From a virus (Duplodnaviria > Caudoviricetes): 64,000 nucleotides of DNA. The position numbers and the translations under genes are program-made. The stretch spans positions 1-64,000 of IMG/VR virus record IMGVR_UViG_3300035396_001032. One strand, given 5' to 3'. This document shows, piece after piece, positions 21,489 through 31,227 of the stretch (position 1 is the stretch's first letter; every line of letters begins with the position of its first letter). A model generated the notes under the pieces. It did no database searches. It was not told where the DNA came from and saw nothing but the letters and a program-made list of their open reading frames with translations.

Positions 21489-21902
21489 ATGAATTACAGC
21501 ACATTTGATATTAACAATTTCTTTATTAAGAAAGACAGCACTCTCCCTGAGTTGAAATACCCATTGATTCAACAGTTAAGAGAGCAATATGATATCAGTG
21601 ATGATATGTTGGAGAACTGTGCAGTAACGTTCTCGATGATAGATGCAAGTACTGGCAATTACCGTATTGCTAACGTTGCAGCAAATCTTGTTGTTAATAA
21701 TGACAGAGTTAATAACCCCGATGAAGAACGCTATACCTTAACATATAGGTTCAAATTGAAGCAAACCTCAAAAGGTGGTAGATTTTATGGTGAGTTTAAA
21801 ATAGATTTTCTTGGTGAAAACTGTGGAAAAATCACATTACCAACTCAGGGTCAGATAAATATCATTATTTCTGATGGAATTACAAAAACTACTGTAATTT
21901 AA
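21489..21902 (+). CDS. BppU-N-like Ig-fold baseplate/structural protein
   Basis: FFIKKDSTLPEL ... VTFSM ... LTYRF ... G.FYGEFKI ... ITLP pattern resembles BppU N-terminal-like domains. Confidence 0.5.
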   Translation: MNYSTFDINNFFIKKDSTLPELKYPLIQQLREQYDISDDMLENCAVTFSMIDASTGNYRIANVAANLVVNNDRVNNPDEERYTLTYRFKLKQTSKGGRFYGEFKIDFLGENCGKITLPTQGQINIIISDGITKTTVI

Positions 21903-21904
21903 TC

Positions 21905-21934
21905 TTGACAATCTTATTTTTTTAATTATCTTTG
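21905..21934 (+). promoter_or_regulatory. Bacteroidota primary-sigma promoter (-33 TTG / -7 TATCTTTG)
   Basis: TTG at 21905-21907, 19-nt spacer, TAnnTTTG at 21927-21934, upstream of the SNF2 ATG at 21952. Confidence 0.75.
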
Positions 21935-21951
21935 CATGATATTGATTAATT

Positions 21952-23763
21952 ATGCAAGAAACTCCTGTCTTTATAGTGCATTGTGAGCGAATCTCAAGGA
22001 GACAAGCATATTATCTCAGATTCCAAGTTAATGACCAATTAATTCAACGAATAAAGAACTTGCCTGAAGATACTCGCAAGTGGAATGCTGGAATGATGGT
22101 ATGGGAAGTCAGTACAGAATCACTATACTTTTTAATTAAAAGATATAAGGGTTCAACTAAAATACATTTTGACTTCGGCAACGATGAAAGTCGTAAGATT
22201 TTCATTCAGCAAATCAAGAAGATTGAAACTACAGAGGAAGAAAAGCGCAAATTCATTGCCGACCTCAATATCAAAAAAGAACATTGGGTTAAGTATAAAG
22301 AAGAACTTGAAACTAAATATCTTGAATATTCAGATAAATGTCATTCATTTTTAAATCCTGAAATAAAATTATTTCCCCATCAACTTCAAGCAGCACTATT
22401 CATGAATACCACACGTAACACGTTGATTTCACATGAAATGGGTCTTGGTAAAACACTTGCGAGCATTCTTTATGTAGAAATGAATGGTTTTAAAAGAGTT
22501 GTGGTTATTACACCAAATTCATTAAAGTTTAATTTTTATGGTGAAGTGAAAAAATTCACAAAAAGTACTGCGCACATTGTTAATTGGAAAAAGAATGATT
22601 GTGGTATTGAAGAAGCTAAATATATAATACTTAATTATGATTTCTTCAACCCAAGTAGTAAAGAAAAGTTTTTAACTAAATGGAAGAAACTTGGTATTGA
22701 TAATATTGATGCGGTAATTTGTGATGAATCATCAAAATTAAAAAACACTAAGGCGAATACCTATAAGAATTTTAGTAAGACGTTTAAAAAAGAAATGTTT
22801 AGAAACGAAAAAATTAGTAAGATTTTCTTGTCAGGTACTCCTGCACCAAATCGTGCATATGAATTATACTCGGTATTACATGAAATATCTCCAGAAGATT
22901 TTGCAACAAAAAAATATTTCTACGAATATTATTGTGGAATGTCATATGATTTAGGTGGTGGCTGGGGATATGTTACGAATTCAATGGAACAGAAATTTGA
23001 AGAACTCTATCATAAGATTGCACCATATACTCACAGAAAGAGGAAATCAGAGGTTTTAAAGGATTTACCTGATAAAACTTATCAGCGAATCATATTGGAA
23101 ATGTCTGACGATGAACAACGAATTTACGAAGAAATTGAAGAAGGTGTTGCAAATGAATTTGTGTTACATCCAACGGGTAATCCACTAACAATTATGATTC
23201 GATTGAGACAATACTTAGCACAACTTAAAATCAAGCGAATAATTGAATTAATCGAGAATATTCACGAAACAGGTGAAAAGGTTATCGTAGTTGATTTTTT
23301 TAAAGAAAGTCTTTATGAATTAAAAAAACTTCTTGGTGATACTGCAGCACTTCATACTGGTGACCAGAGTGTTGAAGAACGTTCAGAAATTGTTAAAAAA
23401 TTTCAAGATGTAAATAGTAATCTTATTGATTTTCTTGGCAGCATTCAAACCTGTACATACGGACTAACACTAACTGCTGCAAGTAAGCTATTCATTATGA
23501 CACTTCCATATAGTGTTGGAGACTATGACCAGATTGCGGATAGGTGTCATAGAATCGGGCAAAAAAATGCCGTTAATATATATGTACTAATATTTCCAGA
23601 TACAATTGATGATTATGTTTTTTCTGCAATCGAAAACAAGAGAAAGGAAATTGTCAAGGTGATTGATAACGAGGATTATACTTCAAATGTCGGTGAATCA
23701 GTACTGAGTGAGGTAATTAAAAAGATAAAAGAGAAGCATGGGAAGTCTACACAAATGGAATAA
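21952..23763 (+). CDS. SNF2-family (SF2) helicase/ATPase with N-terminal HARP-like domain
   Basis: HEMGLGKT Walker A, CDESS Walker B, LSGTP motif III, GLTLT, QIADRCHRIGQ motif VI. Confidence 0.93.
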   Translation: MQETPVFIVHCERISRRQAYYLRFQVNDQLIQRIKNLPEDTRKWNAGMMVWEVSTESLYFLIKRYKGSTKIHFDFGNDESRKIFIQQIKKIETTEEEKRKFIADLNIKKEHWVKYKEELETKYLEYSDKCHSFLNPEIKLFPHQLQAALFMNTTRNTLISHEMGLGKTLASILYVEMNGFKRVVVITPNSLKFNFYGEVKKFTKSTAHIVNWKKNDCGIEEAKYIILNYDFFNPSSKEKFLTKWKKLGIDNIDAVICDESSKLKNTKANTYKNFSKTFKKEMFRNEKISKIFLSGTPAPNRAYELYSVLHEISPEDFATKKYFYEYYCGMSYDLGGGWGYVTNSMEQKFEELYHKIAPYTHRKRKSEVLKDLPDKTYQRIILEMSDDEQRIYEEIEEGVANEFVLHPTGNPLTIMIRLRQYLAQLKIKRIIELIENIHETGEKVIVVDFFKESLYELKKLLGDTAALHTGDQSVEERSEIVKKFQDVNSNLIDFLGSIQTCTYGLTLTAASKLFIMTLPYSVGDYDQIADRCHRIGQKNAVNIYVLIFPDTIDDYVFSAIENKRKEIVKVIDNEDYTSNVGESVLSEVIKKIKEKHGKSTQME

Positions 23764-24106
23764 AAATCCATTCCAAGATTTTTTATTAAAGTCAATTATA
23801 TTCGATGCAGATATCTCTGATAAGAAATTACAGGAAGATATTTATAATGCGTTTGTATATTTTTTACAAAATGTTTTGGATGATGAAAATGATATTGTAC
23901 ATTTGGATTTCAAAATAACGAGTAAAAACGATTATTTTAAGGTTATTGGAAACAATGCAATCACTGCAGTATGGTTATCAGGTATGTTTCCGAAACGTAC
24001 CGAACAAGTTCTTAAGAACAATACATTCGTCATAGGTAAGAGGAAATATACCTACAATGAAAAAACGTGTAAATTAACATATGTTTTAATTAAAACGAAG
24101 GAATAA
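23738..24106 (+). CDS. Hypothetical protein
   Basis: 122 aa, overlaps the helicase by 26 nt and fills the gap to the polymerase. Confidence 0.6.
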   Translation: MGSLHKWNKNPFQDFLLKSIIFDADISDKKLQEDIYNAFVYFLQNVLDDENDIVHLDFKITSKNDYFKVIGNNAITAVWLSGMFPKRTEQVLKNNTFVIGKRKYTYNEKTCKLTYVLIKTKE

Positions 24107-24112
24107 TCAATC

Positions 24113-27100
24113 ATGGAAATGGATAAACAAAAGGTCTTGGGAGAAATCAAAGGATTTCTCGAAGGCTACAACAATGACTTGAAGTATTTGGTTAACGTTG
24201 AGACCGACCCAAGGAATAATATTGCTGAGTGTATTATTCATGAACCCAATCAGAAGCCAAAAACAATAAATGTCAAGTACGAACCTTTCATGTATATGAA
24301 AGATTTGGAAAAACTTGGATATAAATTGTATAGTGGCAGAGTTGATGGTATCGAAGAAAGTAAAAGGATAAAGTATGGCATCAAAATCACCAAGTTAAAG
24401 ACTGGTAACCAGAAAAGATTGGTTGATGGTTACTGCTATAAGGTGACGAGTAGTAGGTCGTATAATGACATCACGAGTTACTTCAGGGATGGTGGTATTG
24501 ACCCCTATGCAAAACTAACTGATGAAAGTGGCGAATACGTTAAAGATAAGAAGGGTGACCCGATTTTCTTATACAGAGATTGTTTTTATTCACCAAGAAC
24601 TACTGAACAATTCTTTATTTCCACACAATCCAGATTATTTAAGGGATATGAAGAATATAAAAACGTTCACAAGCTAACCTTTGACATTGAAACCACTGGT
24701 TTACGTTATCAGATAGCGAGAATCATTTTGATTGGTGTCAGGGATAATAGAGGCTTTGAAACCATTCTTGAACCAGCCAAATTAAATGATGATGAATCTG
24801 AAATAAGGATGATTCAAGACTTCTTTAATTTGATTAATCATTTACAACCTGCAGTAATTTCTGGATATTTCAGTGAAACATTTGACTTTGACTTTATCTT
24901 GGGTAGAGCAAAGATATTAAAAATGCAACTCGATGAAGTTCCAACAAGTCTTAAAGAAGGATATCATTTAAAACGAAGAGGTAATGTATCGGTAAAGTAT
25001 GGTAATACTGCCGACAAATATACAGCAACCGAAATGTGGGGGTACTCTGTAATTGATATTCTCCACGCTGCAAAACGTACTGCATCAGTTAACTCTGATT
25101 TGAAAGAAACTGGTTTAAAGTATGTATCTAAATTTGAAAAGATTGCCAAGCCAAACCGAACATATATTGAGGGAGAAGATGGTGCAATTGGTAAATATTA
25201 TCTCGAAAATAAAATCTTCTTAATTAACGATAAAAACGAATATGTTCAAGTGCCTGATGAATATCAGGATGTTGCTAAGTGCCTGTATAAACTTCAGGTT
25301 AATAAAAACATTATTGGCGATGAAGAATATAAAAGATTAAGAGGTCAATGTCTTAATCAGTCAAAGGTATTTGTAGACTGGTTCAGAACTGAGGCACTAC
25401 CAAAGGGTATGATAAACTTTATTGGTGGTAAAAAACTTGTTAAGCAATACTTGCTCGATGACTTGTGGGAAACCGAACATGTTGATGAACTCTACAATCA
25501 GTCATCATTCATGTTGGCAAAGATTGTGCCTACCACATATCAGCGTATATGTACGATGGGAACTGCTGCGGTTTGGAACTTATTGTTGACTGCTTGGAGT
25601 TATGAAAACGACTTGGCTATTCCACAATCAGATAAATATGAGAAGTTTAGTGGTGGATTGGCAAGATGTTTCAAGACTGGATATACAAAAAGGATTAAAA
25701 AGATTGACTACGCTTCACTGTATCCAATGATTCAGTTGACTGAAGGTGTCTTCCCGATTTTTGACATAACAGGTGTTATGAAGAAATTGTTGTTGTATTT
25801 AACAACCACTCGTAACATTTACAAGAAGTTAGCTAAAAAGAAAAAATTGAATGAAGAAGAGGTCATATTGTTGAAAGAAATTGACCCTGAAATCTACATC
25901 AAATACATAAATAATGCGTTGACTCAGGCAGAAATTTTAATGTCTGAAATCAAACAGTTGCCTATCAAGATTTTGAATAACTCATTGTTTGGTGCGTTGG
26001 GTTCAAATATCAGTTTCAACTGGTCTGATAACGTATGTGCTGCAAGAATTACTTGTGTCGGTAGATTACACCTAAGACATGGTATTGATTGGTTTAGTAA
26101 ATATGGATTGGTTGCACTGCTTGCAGTTACTGACGGTATAAACTTCCATATACCAGATACGACTACAATTAGAGTAACTGATGATGGTGTACTTTATGAC
26201 CAACCAGAAGGTCTTATTGAAGACATGTGGAAGTATGATGGTCAAGTAGGTGTTCAAGCACTTATCAAAAAGTACAACAGGGAAGAAATGAAAGCACCAT
26301 ATATGAGTGTTGATGATGATGGTGATAGTATTTCATGTTTAAACCTTTCACGTATCAACTATGGTTCATTGGCACTTGTTAAAGACAAGAAAACTGGTGA
26401 GTTGAAGGAAAAGATTAAGTTGACAGGTAATACCATTAAATCAAAGGTAATGCCAGAATATATTGAAACTTTTATTGATAAGGGTTTGGATATGATTCTT
26501 CATGGGCAAGGCAAGGAATTCGTGGAATATTACAACAGTTATGCTGAAGATATTCGTTACATGAGAATTCCATTGAAGAAAATTGCGAGTAAAAGTAAGA
26601 TTAAGATAAGTTTAAAGTCATATAAAAACAGGGGTAGTGATAAAAACGGTAAGGATAAAGCTGCCCAAGCACACATGGAATTGTTAATCCAGAAACGTGA
26701 GGCAATCGTAAGGGACTTGTTTGAAAAACATAAATCAGAATTTAATCTTGAAAAGATTAAAAACGTTAATGACATTGATGTAATGGCTAAATTGGTTGCC
26801 AATTATATGCCACAAGAACCTGAATTGGATAGCGTTGTGTATTATGTTAACGTAGGTACTATGAAATCACATGGTGATGTGAAGAAAGACACAAAAACTG
26901 GTGAAGTGGTATTGCGTTGCGAATTAATTAGTGCAAAAGACCTGCAGGATAATCCGAATATGACAGGTACTTACAATTATAAAAAATATCTTGCAGCATT
27001 TAATACGAGAGTTGAAACCCTATTAGTAGGGTTTGACGAAGAAACTCGTAAAAAAATGCTTGTCAAGATAAATAAGCAAGGTGAGTTAAAAAAATTCGAA

Positions 27101-27778
27101 TTCAATCCATTGCACAATGAATTGGAGTTGAAGAATTTTGATTCTGACAATTATGATGAAGCAATGCACTTAGAAGATTTGGAAGTTGATTTCTGGAATA
27201 AAACTGGTTATGACCCAAGAAATATTTGGAATGGCTTTAAAATGCGTGACGAATATAATGTTCACTATGAAATTTATCAGAACGCTTTGGACTTCCTTAA
27301 TGAAAAGATGGTAGCAAGTGGTAAACCTAAAATTAAATCAATCAATGATGATTATAGTAATGGTGATTTAGTATTAGTTAAAGATGGTAGTGAATATCAC
27401 GTTGGTTTATATAATGACGTTTATATTCAGGTAGTTAGAAGCAATGTTGATATACCTAAAAGCGAAGTTGAATTAGAACTTGATAGAATCCGAGAAGAAA
27501 ATCAGAAGAAAATTGACGATTTGGGAGAAAGTGAACTTACAGTCAAAACTGATAGAGATTTATTCTTAGAATCTAAAGCCAAGAAACAATCACAATATTT
27601 TATTGAATTTAAACAGGCATTCAACATTGACTTGACATATACTATGGAAAAATTGTTTGCAGATATTCCCGAAGCAAAGGGTGCATTCGAAACATTCATG
27701 GAAAGTAATGATGCTGCTGTTGATGACGAGGCAAGTGAATATTTAGATGTTGATGATGGTGGGGATGGTGCATATTGA
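24113..27778 (+). CDS. polB: Family B DNA polymerase with 3'-5' exonuclease
   Basis: Exo I LTFDIETTG, Exo II ETFDFDFI, Exo III QYLLDD; polymerase motif A KIDYASLYP, motif B KILNNSLFG, motif C AVTDG. Confidence 0.95.
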   Translation: MEMDKQKVLGEIKGFLEGYNNDLKYLVNVETDPRNNIAECIIHEPNQKPKTINVKYEPFMYMKDLEKLGYKLYSGRVDGIEESKRIKYGIKITKLKTGNQKRLVDGYCYKVTSSRSYNDITSYFRDGGIDPYAKLTDESGEYVKDKKGDPIFLYRDCFYSPRTTEQFFISTQSRLFKGYEEYKNVHKLTFDIETTGLRYQIARIILIGVRDNRGFETILEPAKLNDDESEIRMIQDFFNLINHLQPAVISGYFSETFDFDFILGRAKILKMQLDEVPTSLKEGYHLKRRGNVSVKYGNTADKYTATEMWGYSVIDILHAAKRTASVNSDLKETGLKYVSKFEKIAKPNRTYIEGEDGAIGKYYLENKIFLINDKNEYVQVPDEYQDVAKCLYKLQVNKNIIGDEEYKRLRGQCLNQSKVFVDWFRTEALPKGMINFIGGKKLVKQYLLDDLWETEHVDELYNQSSFMLAKIVPTTYQRICTMGTAAVWNLLLTAWSYENDLAIPQSDKYEKFSGGLARCFKTGYTKRIKKIDYASLYPMIQLTEGVFPIFDITGVMKKLLLYLTTTRNIYKKLAKKKKLNEEEVILLKEIDPEIYIKYINNALTQAEILMSEIKQLPIKILNNSLFGALGSNISFNWSDNVCAARITCVGRLHLRHGIDWFSKYGLVALLAVTDGINFHIPDTTTIRVTDDGVLYDQPEGLIEDMWKYDGQVGVQALIKKYNREEMKAPYMSVDDDGDSISCLNLSRINYGSLALVKDKKTGELKEKIKLTGNTIKSKVMPEYIETFIDKGLDMILHGQGKEFVEYYNSYAEDIRYMRIPLKKIASKSKIKISLKSYKNRGSDKNGKDKAAQAHMELLIQKREAIVRDLFEKHKSEFNLEKIKNVNDIDVMAKLVANYMPQEPELDSVVYYVNVGTMKSHGDVKKDTKTGEVVLRCELISAKDLQDNPNMTGTYNYKKYLAAFNTRVETLLVGFDEETRKKMLVKINKQGELKKFEFNPLHNELELKNFDSDNYDEAMHLEDLEVDFWNKTGYDPRNIWNGFKMRDEYNVHYEIYQNALDFLNEKMVASGKPKIKSINDDYSNGDLVLVKDGSEYHVGLYNDVYIQVVRSNVDIPKSEVELELDRIREENQKKIDDLGESELTVKTDRDLFLESKAKKQSQYFIEFKQAFNIDLTYTMEKLFADIPEAKGAFETFMESNDAAVDDEASEYLDVDDGGDGAY

Positions 27779-27787
27779 TATTATTAA

Positions 27788-27795
27788 GTATTTAT
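27788..27795 (+). promoter_or_regulatory. Putative phage late promoter motif GTATTTAT
   Basis: Intergenic; 24 nt before the ATG at 27812. Confidence 0.65.
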
Positions 27796-27811
27796 ATGAA
27801 AATGTGCACAG

Positions 27812-28432
27812 ATGAAATTAAAAAAGAAAGACTTACTTGAAATTATCGATTCAAATGGTGAGTTAATTGGTAATAGTGCTGTTCCAACAAGTGGTAGTGA
27901 CTTGGAAAGTGCTGCCAGCAATACTACTGACAATAATGCTAAGATAGGTCAACAACCCTTCAGATATGACATGTTGGGTCGCTTTGGCTTTACACTTATG
28001 CCATTCATGGAAGGTAAGGAAAATCAGGGTCAACAAGAACAAATTAAAGATTGGACTGAACTCATGTACGAAATGTACATGAAAACCTTAGAGTATTATT
28101 ACAGAAATCCAAATAAACTAAAATCTGAATTCAGAATTCTTTCAAAAAAAGAAGAAGAAAATCCTTCAAATGAACGCACAAAAATTGAGGATTTTTGGGC
28201 AAAAGTAATTATTGATATAGTTGAGTCACACATTAAGAAGAGTGTAAAACCAATTGATGAAGCAGCAGTTGTTGAAGACAAGGTAGTTGATAAGAAAGGC
28301 GAGGATGAAATATCAAATAAGTCTGAAGATAAAGAAGTTAGAGAAAAGAAAATCGAAAAAATTGCTGGTTTGATTAACAAACTGGAGAAAAAAGATATTG
28401 ATAAGCTAATTAATTTGTTGGAGAACAAGTAA
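27812..28432 (+). CDS. Hypothetical charged protein (possible internal head protein)
   Basis: 206 aa, K/E-rich; late motif upstream; MEG, IDE and LLE motifs. Confidence 0.6.
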   Translation: MKLKKKDLLEIIDSNGELIGNSAVPTSGSDLESAASNTTDNNAKIGQQPFRYDMLGRFGFTLMPFMEGKENQGQQEQIKDWTELMYEMYMKTLEYYYRNPNKLKSEFRILSKKEEENPSNERTKIEDFWAKVIIDIVESHIKKSVKPIDEAAVVEDKVVDKKGEDEISNKSEDKEVREKKIEKIAGLINKLEKKDIDKLINLLENK

Positions 28433-29220
28433 TGTCAAACCAAGCATTATATAATAACAAGTATATCGTTCCTTCAAATATTCTTGAATATATTCGAAGA
28501 ATGATACTAACCTATAAACCAAATGATGGTCAACGTGAAAAAGCTGACCATATTTTAACTCATGGTGGTAGTGATGGTATTACATACCCCTATATGGAAA
28601 AGTTGAAGCATGACTTTAATAATAACGGATTTTCAAGTAATATTGAGTATGGTCTTGCAGGTGGTGAACTAATGAAAGCATTTGTTGAGTCAAAATTAAA
28701 TCAAGAAAGGGATGGGGTGAATAGGGCGAAACAAGTACGTCAGGACATGACATCGAACCCAAATTCTGAACTAAAACCATATCAAACACCACGTTTGAAT
28801 GAGGATAAAAAGAAAAAGAAAGAACTGAAAAAGAACGCAGTGGCTGTTATTGTGAATGATGATAATAAAATATTGTTATTAAAAAGGGCAGACAATAAGG
28901 ACATTTGGATGCCAAATAAATGGGCACTTGTTGGTGGTGCAATTGAAAAGGGCGAAACCCCACAGAAAGCATGTGAAAGAGAAATTAAAGAAGAGATTGG
29001 CTTGGAGATTAAAAAGTTTGTCAAATCTTTTAGTATTCATAGAAATGCAGATAGTGTTGAACACATTTTTGCCTGCAGGTATAAAGGTGAACCAACCGAC
29101 ATTGAACTTAATGACGAAAATACTAATTATGGATGGTATGATACAAGTGAAATGAAGTATTTGGATATTGTTCCACATTTAATGGAATATATTACACTTG
29201 TCTTTAAAAAATATGAATAA
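28432..29220 (+). CDS. Two-domain protein with C-terminal Nudix hydrolase
   Basis: Nudix box GGAIEKGETPQKACEREIKEEIG; unrelated N-terminal ~120 aa ending in RLNEDKKKKK. Confidence 0.9.
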   Translation: MSNQALYNNKYIVPSNILEYIRRMILTYKPNDGQREKADHILTHGGSDGITYPYMEKLKHDFNNNGFSSNIEYGLAGGELMKAFVESKLNQERDGVNRAKQVRQDMTSNPNSELKPYQTPRLNEDKKKKKELKKNAVAVIVNDDNKILLLKRADNKDIWMPNKWALVGGAIEKGETPQKACEREIKEEIGLEIKKFVKSFSIHRNADSVEHIFACRYKGEPTDIELNDENTNYGWYDTSEMKYLDIVPHLMEYITLVFKKYE

Positions 29221-29223
29221 TTT

Positions 29224-29231
29224 GTATTTAT
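29224..29231 (+). promoter_or_regulatory. Putative phage late promoter motif GTATTTAT
   Basis: Intergenic; 40 nt before the ATG at 29264. Confidence 0.5.
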
Positions 29232-29263
29232 AGTAAATAACAGAAAAAATTAATAATACTAAA

Positions 29264-29521
29264 ATGAGTAGATTAGAAACAATAAGTAAGGAATATTATG
29301 ATTGTTCACTTGCACAAAATGCTGCACGTTATACAGTAAATAAGGAATATTTGCCAAGTACACCAGATACAATTTCAGATGGTGACATGAAAGGTAGAGA
29401 CCCTAAAGATGGTAGTGCCTCAAGTTCAGTTGGAACAGTACTTGATATCGAAAAAAGAAATGCATTACTTGCAAGTAATAGGTATAATCAAAATAAAGAA
29501 TATAATTCAGGAAATGCATAA
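29264..29521 (+). CDS. Small hypothetical protein
   Basis: 85 aa; internal RY-x-x-NKEY motif occurs twice; TAATG-coupled to the next gene. Confidence 0.6.
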   Translation: MSRLETISKEYYDCSLAQNAARYTVNKEYLPSTPDTISDGDMKGRDPKDGSASSSVGTVLDIEKRNALLASNRYNQNKEYNSGNA

Positions 29522-30468
29522 TGTTAACTGAGGAAAAATTATTGTTCGAAAACATTAAAAACTTTCGTCATCTTGTTTCAGAAGGCGTTGGTGGAAATTC
29601 TCTTGTGGATGCCATAAACAACCATGAATGGATTTACTTATATTATTCTGGTGATGAAAAAACACCAAAAGGATATCGAACAATAAGACCTTATGTTTTG
29701 GGCACAAATAAGTCTGGCAATAAAGTACTGAGAGCATGGCAAGATAATCCAAAAAACAGTTATCATTTCGACAATAGACCAACACGTACTGATAGTCAAA
29801 ATCACGATTTTTGGTCTGATGAAGAGGGTGTGAAACCGGGGTGGCGCATGTTCCGAGTCGATAAAATATCGAAAATTTTACCAATTGGTAAGAAGTTTCA
29901 CGATTCAAATGGTGCGGTAATGATACCTGCAGGTTATCATGAAGGTGGTGATGATGATATGACAAGCATTGAAGCATATGTTTCTACAAAAACTAAACCC
30001 GATGTTGATTACAAATATTCAAAAGAAGTTCCAAGTACTGGCATGCCTGATAAGGAAGCTGTGTGGAATAGTATTCGTAGAGGTAATAAAAATAGGAAGA
30101 AAATCACGTCAAATGATATTATTAAGTTACGTGACCTTGCAAGTAAGTTTCATAAGAAAAGCCTTAGCAATTACATGGTAGTAATTGACGATAAAAACAA
30201 TTTTCAATTAATAACTACCAATGATGTTAGAACAAAAAACATTCCTGATTCTGCAATTGTAGGAAGTTTACCTTATCTTTATGATTCGATTGTTAATGCA
30301 AATGCACCAGCAGATGATAAATTCTTTAAAGACGTTAAAAACAAGGCACAGTCTGGCATTGAACAAAAGAAACAAAAGGATATGGATAAAGGATTTTCGA
30401 AAATTATGAAGGAAGAAGAAAAAATCACTACAATACCATTCAAAATAAAGACTTTTTTCAAACAATAA
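29521..30468 (+). CDS. WYL-domain-like protein
   Basis: AINNHEWIYLYY...GYRTIRPYVLG...VLRAWQ...GWRMFRVDKISKI matches the WYL SH3-like fold pattern; no N-terminal HTH recognised. Confidence 0.75.
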   Translation: MLTEEKLLFENIKNFRHLVSEGVGGNSLVDAINNHEWIYLYYSGDEKTPKGYRTIRPYVLGTNKSGNKVLRAWQDNPKNSYHFDNRPTRTDSQNHDFWSDEEGVKPGWRMFRVDKISKILPIGKKFHDSNGAVMIPAGYHEGGDDDMTSIEAYVSTKTKPDVDYKYSKEVPSTGMPDKEAVWNSIRRGNKNRKKITSNDIIKLRDLASKFHKKSLSNYMVVIDDKNNFQLITTNDVRTKNIPDSAIVGSLPYLYDSIVNANAPADDKFFKDVKNKAQSGIEQKKQKDMDKGFSKIMKEEEKITTIPFKIKTFFKQ

Positions 30469-30469
30469 C

Positions 30470-30477
30470 GTATTTAT
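30470..30477 (+). promoter_or_regulatory. Putative phage late promoter motif GTATTTAT
   Basis: Intergenic; 31 nt before the ATG at 30501. Confidence 0.55.
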
Positions 30478-30500
30478 AAAAAATAATAAAATTTTATAAA

Positions 30501-31175
30501 ATGGCAAAAACTCTTGACTTAAATAAAATAAAAGATGAAATCGATAGCCGTAAGAAGGAAAGAAATATGGTTTCATCAAGACTTGGAGAAACTGTAGGTA
30601 GTGGTATAAAACCACGTGATGAATTCTTAAATGGATTATTGACAGCATACACAACTGGCAGAGATACTGCTTCAAGCAATTTAATTAAAATCGTTGAAAA
30701 TAAGGTTGCAGCTAAACATGGCGAAGCACAGAAGCACGTAATTAGTGAAACTCCTGTTCAACAACAACAGCGTCCAGTACAGCATGGACAAGTAGATATG
30801 TCACCTGAAAGGGATGAACAATTGTTTTTTGATTTGGAAAGAAAACGTAAACAAACTCTTGCGGAATCAATTGAAAATTTCGGTAAAATTCCAGCAATTG
30901 GTGCGCCAATGCAAAACAATCCACAATATGCTGGACAACCAATGCAGATTAATGAAGCATATCTTACAGAGAATGTTAAGAATACTGTAAATAATTACTT
31001 GAGTGAAAATCTCGGTCCTATCTTCGAAGAAGCAATCAAAAGCACAATCATTGAAATGTATGCCGTTGAAAGAATCAAAGAAGTACTTACAGAAAACAAA
31101 GAAATGATAAAAACGCTTGTATATGATACAATTCGAGAAATACAAGCAGCTAACGCTAAAAAGAAAGTGCAATAA
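30501..31175 (+). CDS. Hypothetical helical protein (possible head scaffold/internal protein)
   Basis: 224 aa with a Q-rich linker; many [IL]-x-E motifs (ISE, LAE, INE, LTE, LSE); late motif upstream. Confidence 0.6.
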   Translation: MAKTLDLNKIKDEIDSRKKERNMVSSRLGETVGSGIKPRDEFLNGLLTAYTTGRDTASSNLIKIVENKVAAKHGEAQKHVISETPVQQQQRPVQHGQVDMSPERDEQLFFDLERKRKQTLAESIENFGKIPAIGAPMQNNPQYAGQPMQINEAYLTENVKNTVNNYLSENLGPIFEEAIKSTIIEMYAVERIKEVLTENKEMIKTLVYDTIREIQAANAKKKVQ

Positions 31176-31191
31176 CCATTGCACTTTTTTT
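31164..31191 (+). terminator. Rho-independent terminator
   Basis: AAAGTGCAAT-AACC-ATTGCACTTT hairpin followed by a T run. Confidence 0.8.
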
Positions 31192-31202
31192 AGCTTAAGT
31201 TT

Positions 31203-31210
31203 GTATTTAT
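31203..31210 (+). promoter_or_regulatory. Putative phage late promoter motif GTATTTAT
   Basis: Just after the terminator; 25 nt before the ATG at 31228. Confidence 0.65.
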
Positions 31211-31227
31211 GAATATAATATACAGAC

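Noticed and set aside
24113-27778. Intein or intron in the polymerase
   Set aside because: The inserts lack C/S-start, HN-C/S/T-end and LAGLIDADG motifs, and the frame is continuous.
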